From NCBI RefSeq assembly GCF_000018105.1, contig NC_009925.1:540001-572000 (forward strand): a stretch of 32,000 nt of DNA, given 5' to 3'. The notes under the pieces are model-generated. The model was not told the origin of the DNA, searched no databases, and was given only the letters and a program-made list of their open reading frames with translations. Origin of the DNA: Acaryochloris marina MBIC11017. Its GTDB lineage: Bacteria > Cyanobacteriota > Cyanobacteriia > Thermosynechococcales > Thermosynechococcaceae. Shown here one piece after another: positions 25,138-32,000 of the stretch (its first letter is position 1; the number at the start of each line of letters is the position of its first letter). The position numbers and the translations under genes are program-made.

Positions 25138-28100
25138 TTGTCAGTAATTCAGCAGTTCTGGAATCAATTAACCATCGTCCCAAGACAACTGTCATTGGGG
25201 CTTAAAACCCTACTTGATCAGTTGGAATCACCCACGTTGGCCTTGCCAGAAGTTGCCCAGTCGCAGGCTACAGGCAATCACTTTCTGCTGGCCTACCAGA
25301 AACTAGCTGATTTGGATTCACAGCATCTGTCCTTATCAGAACGGTTGCAAAAATCAGTGGAAATTCTCAGTGAGACCCTGGGATTTGCTATCGTTGTGCT
25401 TGATTTTTATGACCCGAGTCAGCAAACCCTGCAGTTTCAGGCCGGGACGATTACACATCTCAATCATGAGGATGAGGGTACATTACAACGCCTTAACCAT
25501 CAGGCTAGCCAGGTGCTCGGGGCTTCTAGGCCCCTTGTTCTGGTGGATGATCAAGGGGTGACCAACCAGACCCACTTGGCATCTTACCTCCCTCCCTCGG
25601 CATTACTCAAAACGGTTTTGCAACTGCCTTTGGCGACGAATCATACGGTTTTGGGGATGTTGACATTAGGGAGCCCTGAGCTCCTGCCCGATGCCAATAT
25701 GCTCTGTTTGTGGGGCAAACAGGTCGCCAGCTTTTTGGCTTGGCTCATCCAGGCTGAACGGGCGAATACCTGCTTCAATAACGTTCAAGAACGATTTTCC
25801 CTGGTCGCTAGCAGCTTCAGAGGCTGTTTTTATGACTGGGATATTGCCATCGATTCCATCCTCCAGTTTACAAAAACAAATGAGGAGCAGGCTGCTAAGC
25901 CCCATGCCCCTCGCCAATTCTCTGTGCCAGAATGGCTGGATCAAATTCATCCTGAAGATCGACATCTATTAGAAACTCTGATCGATCAAGACTTTCAGGG
26001 GGAGGATCAGTTTGAGCTGGAGTATCGTTGGCAATCTGACGGGCAACCCTTTATGTGTGATCGGGGTGTGATCCAGCGGGATGCCCAAGGGGTTCCGATC
26101 CGGGTTGTGGGTGTCCTGACCAATATTGCTGACTTTAAGCGGTTAGAAGAGAATGCTCAGCAGCAAATTGATCACTATCAAACGCTGCTAGCTGATATCT
26201 CCATTGTCATCTTTAAAACAGATCTGGCAGGGCATTGGACCTATCTCAATCCTGCATGGTCTAAGTTAACCGGGATTTCTTTAGAAGACAGCCTAGGGAA
26301 ACCCATTTGGGATTTTGTGCATCCCGATGATCGACCGGGTCTCCAAGAGGCGTTTCATAATCTTGTGGAACAGACTTCCGAGAGCTATAACCATGAGCTA
26401 CGGTTTTTTTGTCAGCAGGGTGGGTGCGCCTGGGTAGTGGTCCATAACCATGTCATTCGCGCTGAGGACGGAACCTGTATCGGCACAGCAGGCACCTTGG
26501 AAGATGCCTCAGAACGGAAGCAAACAGAACAGGCCCTGCTCCATGATGCGCTTCATGATGGTTTGACCCAGTTACCCAATCGGGTTCTGTTTATGGATCG
26601 ATTGGAACAGGCCTGTCGTTCCTTTCAACGGCATCCAGATGAAATTTTTGCTGTTCTGTTCTTAGATCTCGATCGGTTTAAGATTATCAACGATACCCTC
26701 GGTCATATGGTTGGGGACCAACTGCTGGTGGCCGTGGCCCATCGGCTACAAACCTGCCTTCGGCCTGAGGATACGGTGGCTCGTCTAGGGGGGGATGAGT
26801 TTACGCTTCTGCTTCCCAATATTGATCAGGCTGAGGATGCGATGCATATTAGCGATCGCATTTTGCAATCCCTGAAGGAGCCCTTTACCCTCGACCATAC
26901 CGAAGTCTTTATTACTGTGAGCATCGGCATTGCCATGAGTGGCAATCCTGAGCAAAAACCAGATGATCTGCTGCGCCATGCGGATATTGCCCTTTATCGG
27001 GCTAAAGCCAATGGCAAGGGCTGCTATGCTGTCTTTTCTCCAGAGATGCCCCTCCAGCCCCTAGCCCAGGTGCAAATCGAAACGGAAGTGCGGCAGGCCC
27101 TGGATGATGAGGAGTTTCGCCTGTACTGTCAGCCCGTCCATTCCTTGGAAAATAACGAGGTTTGGGGCTTTACGCTTCAGATGTATTGGCAGCATCCCCA
27201 CAAAGGCGTGTTACCGTCTTTCGAGTTTCTGCCGTCTGTGACAGATACGGGACTGCAACGATCCTTGGGCTGGTGGGTCTTGCGCAAGGCTTGCGCTCAG
27301 CTCCACCAGTGGCAGCGAATGCCAACCGAACAACCCTTATCAATTTGGGTGGCAGTGTCTGAGGCACAACTGACTTCCTCTAATTTCTTATCCAAATTTG
27401 AGCGACTGCTCGAAAAACATGACATCAACCCCCAGCATTTGGTTCTAGAGTTACCCCCATCCTTGTGGCCACGACCATCCAAGAAGGTCTTAGCCCATCT
27501 CCAGGACGTTCACTCGCGAGGCGTCCAACTAGCTCGGGTGCAAGATAATCAAGATTTTGATTGGTTGTCTGGTGAGGAAAGTTTACCGGTCGATTGGGTT
27601 AAACTGTCATCGACTCTTCTGGGTAACCTAGATCAGCAAGGCTATTTAGAATCGATCCATTCGTTGTTTATCCTTGCAGCCAGTGCGGAAATTAAGATGT
27701 TGGCGGATGGGATTCAAACCCCGAAGCAGCGTCTTTTGATGAGTGCGTTGAAATGCGATTATGGACAAGGTCATAATTTTACAGATCCTATTCCTGCCCA
27801 TGCCGCCGATCCTTGGCTTGAACCGTCATACTCCCAACCCCTTGACAGCATGAACCCCTCATCATCCATGTCCCTATTGATCATCTACAGTCCGATTGGT
27901 CAATCGCAAGTTCCGCTTGTGGGCAAGCAATCCTGGACCATTGGCCGCAGTCCAGATAATTCGATTGTTCTCCCCGATCGTTGGGCATCTCGTAATCATG
28001 CCCAATTGCGGGCCACCGATGCAGGCGAATTTTTCCTCATTGACTTGGGAAGCGGGAATGGATCTGTGGTGAATGGTGAACGGGTGACCATGCCCGTTGC

Positions 28101-28731
28101 TCTCAAGGATGGTGATCTGATTACGATTGGCCATTCTCAACTGGAATTTCATCACCGCACTAGAGAATCTGCCCTAAGTGCCATCGAAACGGCGCCTAAA
28201 AATGTATTAATGATGCAGGCTTCCCATATGCAGGGGCAAGTCTGGAAAGAAGCATTGAGTTCTCAGGGCATCTCCCTGACTTGGCTGAATGAAAATATAG
28301 ATTTGGCTCAATATCTGACCCAGTCTATTAAGTCAGGGCAAGGGGTTCCAGATCTATTGCTGCTGGATATGACGATTCTGAAGCCCAATCCCTACAGTTT
28401 CTGTCGATGGTGCCATAATTTGCATCCTACCCTCAAAATTATTTTGACGAGCGGCACTCGTACGTTTGTCCCAGCGTCTGAACGAAAATGGGCGACCCAT
28501 CAGGGCGCGTCGGAGCTGATTGCGGCGTTTGATGAAGGCAGTATTTTCTCAAATTTGATTGACGTGATGGCCAAAGTTAGGGTTGTCCTGGCGACCATTA
28601 ATTGGCGTCCCATTGAGCAAGGTTCTCTATCCTCTGCGCTCTTAGCGATTAAACCTAGCCTGACGACATCTACCTTTAATAGCCGCCAAACCATTATTGG
28701 TGAGCTACCGGCTGATCTAGAGTCTACCTAA
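25138..28731 (+). CDS. Multidomain c-di-GMP signalling protein: GAF - PAS - PAS - GGDEF - degenerate EAL - FHA - receiver-like domain.
   Basis: GGDEF at 26788-26802 with an RxxD (RPED) I-site. The EAL-like region (about 27060-27790) has lost most catalytic residues. FHA (about 27868-28155) has the motifs TIGRS, SRNHA and GSGNGSVVNG. The C-terminal REC-like fold has LLLLDM and ILTSG. The start codon is uncertain: TTG at 25138 and no nearby ATG. Confidence 0.85.
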   Translation: MSVIQQFWNQLTIVPRQLSLGLKTLLDQLESPTLALPEVAQSQATGNHFLLAYQKLADLDSQHLSLSERLQKSVEILSETLGFAIVVLDFYDPSQQTLQFQAGTITHLNHEDEGTLQRLNHQASQVLGASRPLVLVDDQGVTNQTHLASYLPPSALLKTVLQLPLATNHTVLGMLTLGSPELLPDANMLCLWGKQVASFLAWLIQAERANTCFNNVQERFSLVASSFRGCFYDWDIAIDSILQFTKTNEEQAAKPHAPRQFSVPEWLDQIHPEDRHLLETLIDQDFQGEDQFELEYRWQSDGQPFMCDRGVIQRDAQGVPIRVVGVLTNIADFKRLEENAQQQIDHYQTLLADISIVIFKTDLAGHWTYLNPAWSKLTGISLEDSLGKPIWDFVHPDDRPGLQEAFHNLVEQTSESYNHELRFFCQQGGCAWVVVHNHVIRAEDGTCIGTAGTLEDASERKQTEQALLHDALHDGLTQLPNRVLFMDRLEQACRSFQRHPDEIFAVLFLDLDRFKIINDTLGHMVGDQLLVAVAHRLQTCLRPEDTVARLGGDEFTLLLPNIDQAEDAMHISDRILQSLKEPFTLDHTEVFITVSIGIAMSGNPEQKPDDLLRHADIALYRAKANGKGCYAVFSPEMPLQPLAQVQIETEVRQALDDEEFRLYCQPVHSLENNEVWGFTLQMYWQHPHKGVLPSFEFLPSVTDTGLQRSLGWWVLRKACAQLHQWQRMPTEQPLSIWVAVSEAQLTSSNFLSKFERLLEKHDINPQHLVLELPPSLWPRPSKKVLAHLQDVHSRGVQLARVQDNQDFDWLSGEESLPVDWVKLSSTLLGNLDQQGYLESIHSLFILAASAEIKMLADGIQTPKQRLLMSALKCDYGQGHNFTDPIPAHAADPWLEPSYSQPLDSMNPSSSMSLLIIYSPIGQSQVPLVGKQSWTIGRSPDNSIVLPDRWASRNHAQLRATDAGEFFLIDLGSGNGSVVNGERVTMPVALKDGDLITIGHSQLEFHHRTRESALSAIETAPKNVLMMQASHMQGQVWKEALSSQGISLTWLNENIDLAQYLTQSIKSGQGVPDLLLLDMTILKPNPYSFCRWCHNLHPTLKIILTSGTRTFVPASERKWATHQGASELIAAFDEGSIFSNLIDVMAKVRVVLATINWRPIEQGSLSSALLAIKPSLTTSTFNSRQTIIGELPADLEST

Positions 28732-29899
28732 GGGACTGCTCTAAAACATTTAGGATAGCTTCTGCCGCTCGCTGGAGAACCCCTGGAAGACCAAGGTGAG
28801 ATCGCAACTCCTGATATCCGGCCATCATGGTGTGTCGAGCCTCCCCTTTCTCTAGTAGTGAGTAGGCAAGTTCTGCAATCTTTTCTGGAGTTACCTCCTG
28901 TTGCAGTAGCTCGGGTACAATTTCTCGTCCAACCACAAGATTGACCGGCGAAATAAACTCAACCTCAAAGTGAAGCAGATGCTGATACAGCCAAGCACTA
29001 ATGGCTCCCACCCGATAGACCACCACTTGCGGGACATTGAGAAGGGCTGCTTCCAGGTTAGCGGTTCCGGATTTAGTAATCACCACATCTGCGGCGGCGA
29101 CCACCGTTTGAGAATCTGGAAAGAGCGAAATGGGGAGTCCTGTCCTTTGTAGGGCTTGGGTGACCTCGCCACGATAGGCCGGTAGGGCCAGAGGTATCCA
29201 AAACTGAATGTCTGGCACCTGGCGGCAGATCTGCTGTGCGGCGGTGAGCATCACCGGCAACAGATGAGCCAGCTCTTGATGACGAGAGGCAGGCATCAGC
29301 GCCATCATGGGTTGGTGAGGATGCAGCCCCAACTGCTGACGGGCCTGTTCTCGTGGGGGAAACTGATGGATGTGATCCACCAGAGGATGGCCCACCCAAT
29401 TGATATCTGCCCCCATCTCTTGGTAATACGTGGCTTCCTGGGGAAAAATAGCCAGCATTTTATCGCTGAGGTCCACGACTTGCCGGGTGACCCCTAACCC
29501 TTGGGACCAGACCCATTCGGAGGGCGCAATATAGTAGACCACCGGGTTGGGGCAGGCCTGCTTGAGATGTTGACCTAAACGAAGGTTGGGGCCGATGTAA
29601 TCAATCAAAACCGTGAGATCGGGAGGGACCTGTTTGAACTGATCCATCACCTGCTTGTGTAGCTTCAGGGTGGGCCAGACAAAGGGTAATGCATTGACGG
29701 GACCAATCGCGCCGATCTGGCTGGTATCCCCTAGGAGTCGAGCGCCTACTGCAGCCATTCGTGGACCCCCCAAAGCCCAGATCTCTAGGGCATATCCTCG
29801 GGACTGGGCTTCTGCCATCAAGGCAGGAATCAGTAAACTGCCCTGGAGATCGCCAGAGACCTCGCCGGTACTGATAAAAATTCGGTAGGGCCGATCCAT
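28724..29899 (-). CDS. lpxB: Lipid-A-disaccharide synthase.
   Basis: RIFISTGEVSGDLQGSLLI N-terminus and a GT-B fold of LpxB length, immediately downstream of lpxA (6-nt gap). Confidence 0.9.
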   Translation of the reverse strand: MDRPYRIFISTGEVSGDLQGSLLIPALMAEAQSRGYALEIWALGGPRMAAVGARLLGDTSQIGAIGPVNALPFVWPTLKLHKQVMDQFKQVPPDLTVLIDYIGPNLRLGQHLKQACPNPVVYYIAPSEWVWSQGLGVTRQVVDLSDKMLAIFPQEATYYQEMGADINWVGHPLVDHIHQFPPREQARQQLGLHPHQPMMALMPASRHQELAHLLPVMLTAAQQICRQVPDIQFWIPLALPAYRGEVTQALQRTGLPISLFPDSQTVVAAADVVITKSGTANLEAALLNVPQVVVYRVGAISAWLYQHLLHFEVEFISPVNLVVGREIVPELLQQEVTPEKIAELAYSLLEKGEARHTMMAGYQELRSHLGLPGVLQRAAEAILNVLEQSLR

Positions 29900-29905
29900 C
29901 GTGCC

Positions 29906-30721
29906 TTAGACCGAAGCCCAGCGCTGACGCCCAGGGGTGAGGCCGCGCCTGGTTTGGGCTGCCCGCATAAACTGGCACAAATGTTGAATCAGGGGATGCT
30001 CCGATAAAGATTCGACTTGATCAAGGGCCACTTCTAATTGGAGGTTCGACCGATACAGATACCGAAAGGCTTGCTTAAGGAGGCCTCTCATCTCCCCCTG
30101 CAGGAGGTCGTAGACTCCATGACGCTGCAATCCTACTTGGTTTAAGGCCCGGACATGGGCAGGATTACCCTCTACGAGCATCAAGGGAGGGACATCTCGG
30201 GTAATGCGGCTCATGCCCCCAATCATGGCCAGCTGACCCACATGGACAAACTGATGAATACCGAGTACCCCACTAATGTTGGCTTGGGATTCCACCTGCA
30301 CATGGCCACTTAGGGCGACGGAATTGGCTATCACCACCCGATCGGCAATATGACAGTTATGGCCAATATGCACATTGGCCATCAATAGATTATCGCTGCC
30401 AATGGTGGTGAACTGTTGGTCTCCACTGGCTCGATGGATGGTGACATATTCGCGTATCTGGTTGCGATCGCAAATCTTGACACCGCTCTGTTCCCCGCGA
30501 AAATTGCGATCCTGAGGTTCCATGCCAATCACCACTCCCGGAAATATATGATTGTCGGCCCCAATCTCAGTCCAGCCTTCGATTACAGCGTGATGTCCGA
30601 CCTGGGTTCCGGGGCCTAGTTTGACCTGTTTTCCAATCACCGCATAGGCTCCAATTTGAACCGTTTGATGCAAGGTTGCTTGGGGATGAATCACAGCGGT
30701 GGGGTGAATCAAGTCGGTCAT
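29906..30721 (-). CDS. lpxA: Acyl-ACP--UDP-N-acetylglucosamine O-acyltransferase.
   Basis: IHPTAVIHPQATLHQTVQIGAYAVIG hexapeptide repeats followed by a helical C-terminal domain. Typical LpxA length (271 aa). Confidence 0.9.
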   Translation of the reverse strand: MTDLIHPTAVIHPQATLHQTVQIGAYAVIGKQVKLGPGTQVGHHAVIEGWTEIGADNHIFPGVVIGMEPQDRNFRGEQSGVKICDRNQIREYVTIHRASGDQQFTTIGSDNLLMANVHIGHNCHIADRVVIANSVALSGHVQVESQANISGVLGIHQFVHVGQLAMIGGMSRITRDVPPLMLVEGNPAHVRALNQVGLQRHGVYDLLQGEMRGLLKQAFRYLYRSNLQLEVALDQVESLSEHPLIQHLCQFMRAAQTRRGLTPGRQRWASV

Positions 30722-30816
30722 TCAGGGTCTGCGTTTTACAATGGCTATCTGAGGGTAGCATTTTAGATAAACGGCCAAAACTCCTCGTCTTCCGATTGTA
30801 TTGAGTGTAGAAATTA

Positions 30817-32000
30817 ATGCGGAACAGTTTTTTTGACGATTCCTTAGACAAAGCCTCTATCAAACAACGTATCCGTGAACTCGAGAAAGCCACCGTTGGA
30901 TTCTATAGTATTGGTCTTTATCCGGGTTCTCTGGCTTACAATGCCGTGATGCAAGCTGGGGGTACCCCATTAATTTTGGCGCCTCGACCGGGGCGGGACC
31001 TCATGGGAGCCTTCTCAGAAGAAGCCAAAGGCGGGATGGATCCAGACCATGTTGTCAATTTGCACCGGATGGCTCGACATAATGAAGGCCATGCCAGCGT
31101 CACCAACACCTTAGAGTATTTGATTGAGACCTGTGAATTGGTGGTTCTCAGTGCCAATAGTAATTACATCGAACAGGATTTAGAGGAAGCCTGCGCCCTA
31201 CGCCACAAACTGGGCCGTTCCAATGTCGTTTTAGCCTGCTTGGCAGGGTCTTTTAGCCATGATAAGGCCACCAATGCCGCCTATGTTTTATGTGAGAAAA
31301 ATCCCAATCTGGCCTTTTTCTCCGGATTTCACCGAGATGGCGCTTTAAGAGACCCCGTAGACAGCTTTACGGCTAATTTTTGCCATCCAAATGCCCTAAC
31401 TGCTTTGATCGGTGCCTTTATGCTGGATGGGATATCCCTGAATATCCAGGTCTCCCCCGGGATACATAATGTCGAGGCCCAATATATTAAGGCCGCCAAA
31501 AACATGGCCTCGATCTTTGCTGGGTTTGGCTATGAGTTTCACTGGGACAATACGGGCATCTTACCGACCCTGCTCACTCTCCTCTTAGATCAGTGCTTAG
31601 ATCAGGCAGCGACGGTGTCCATGTCCCGGCGCGATCGACAAAAACTCTACACTCAGCAGCCTATCGATTTGACGGAATTGGGCTATGGCGTGCCCATGAT
31701 TGAAGCGACCCTCAATCAAGGGGGCGATAAGGAAAAGGTGCGCGATCATACATTTTCCCAATTAACGGCTATGGTGGCTGATGTGCGGGGCAGTATGACT
31801 AGCCCCACCACCGGGAAACCGACCCGCAACTTCCGAGCGGGACAAGTGTTGGCAAAATCCATGAAAGAACATGGGCGATGCCCCTTGAATATCGAAGAAT
31901 TTGAACAGTGGTGTGAAGATGCGGGCCTCAAAAAAGGGGGCTTAGAGGGGGTCAAAGCCCTGCGTTATTGGCCCCAAATTACCAACAAATATAAAATTCA
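30817..32000 (+). CDS. Protein related to the NAD-dependent glycerol-3-phosphate dehydrogenase (GpsA) family; the 3' end lies outside the window. It is not in the supplied ORF track.
   Basis: I translated frame 1 by hand from the ATG at 30817 to base 32000 and found 394 sense codons with no stop; in-frame stops lie just upstream at 30802 and 30808. Several segments resemble the GpsA C-terminal domain: NVEAQYIKAAKNMASIFAGFG, ADVRGSMTSPTTGKPTRNFRAGQVL and GGLEGVKAL. The N-terminal Rossmann motif is atypical (FYSIGLYPGS). Confidence 0.75.
   Translation, partial: MRNSFFDDSLDKASIKQRIRELEKATVGFYSIGLYPGSLAYNAVMQAGGTPLILAPRPGRDLMGAFSEEAKGGMDPDHVVNLHRMARHNEGHASVTNTLEYLIETCELVVLSANSNYIEQDLEEACALRHKLGRSNVVLACLAGSFSHDKATNAAYVLCEKNPNLAFFSGFHRDGALRDPVDSFTANFCHPNALTALIGAFMLDGISLNIQVSPGIHNVEAQYIKAAKNMASIFAGFGYEFHWDNTGILPTLLTLLLDQCLDQAATVSMSRRDRQKLYTQQPIDLTELGYGVPMIEATLNQGGDKEKVRDHTFSQLTAMVADVRGSMTSPTTGKPTRNFRAGQVLAKSMKEHGRCPLNIEEFEQWCEDAGLKKGGLEGVKALRYWPQITNKYKI

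Noticed and set aside
24875-25205. 106-aa (-) and 64-aa (+) ORFs upstream of the large signalling gene.
   Set aside because: They have no motifs or SD sequence, and they overlap each other and the probable start region of the 1197-aa gene. This is probably leader or promoter DNA; a small hairpin TCTCTTT-cgtt-AAAGAGA sits at 25077-25094.
29073-29978. 108-aa and 125-aa alternative-frame minus ORFs, and + ORFs, within lpxB/lpxA.
   Set aside because: These are open frames in relatively GC-rich DNA with Arg/Gly/Pro/Ser-rich products. The lpxB and lpxA frames carry the recognisable motifs.
30567-31955. Minus-strand ORFs at 30567-30893, 30936-31157 and 31746-31955.
   Set aside because: The first spans the lpxA start and the intergenic region. 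The other two are antisense to the uninterrupted + frame of at least 394 codons, which has family-like motifs.
1-32000. CRISPR arrays, tRNA, rRNA, tmRNA, RNase P and SRP RNA genes.
   Set aside because: By eye I found no regularly spaced direct repeats, no tRNA-like T-arm or acceptor patterns, and no conserved cores such as GAGGAAAGUCC. A covariance-model scan would be needed for certainty.

Overview
The window looks like a cyanobacterial chromosomal segment. I located at least 11 perfect HIP1 octamers (GCGATCGC), and the gene content fits: a CbbR/RbcR-like LysR regulator, an RRM-type Rbp protein, lpxA-lpxB and dxr. I support about 29 protein-coding genes, one IS1-family insertion sequence, and no rRNA, tRNA or CRISPR array. 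Housekeeping genes: Ppx/GppA exopolyphosphatase, dxr, M48, M23 and M19 peptidases, lpxA and lpxB. Signalling genes: a REC-GGDEF response regulator and a 1197-aa GAF-PAS-PAS-GGDEF-degenerate EAL-FHA-pseudoreceiver protein. A small accessory stretch (17.3-24.8 kb) carries IS1, a VOC protein, a divergent TetR/Coq4-like pair, a small-ORF-MFS-GT4-sugar-acetyltransferase operon and a GNAT. The best candidates for an undescribed or poorly described system are: (1) at 274-1964, a ParA-type ATPase translationally coupled to a 326-aa partner that is histone-H1-like (Lys/Ala/Thr-rich), has a coiled coil and ends in a C-terminal Trp, so it is McdA/McdB-like with a greatly expanded basic repeat region; (2) the FHA-containing c-di-GMP protein at 25138-28731; (3) an orphan 226-aa protein next to a ~750-bp extremely AT-rich non-coding island (3200-4660). 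An open-ended ORF of at least 394 codons at 30817-32000 (+) is missing from the supplied ORF track. All family assignments come from reading motifs by eye; no database search was possible.
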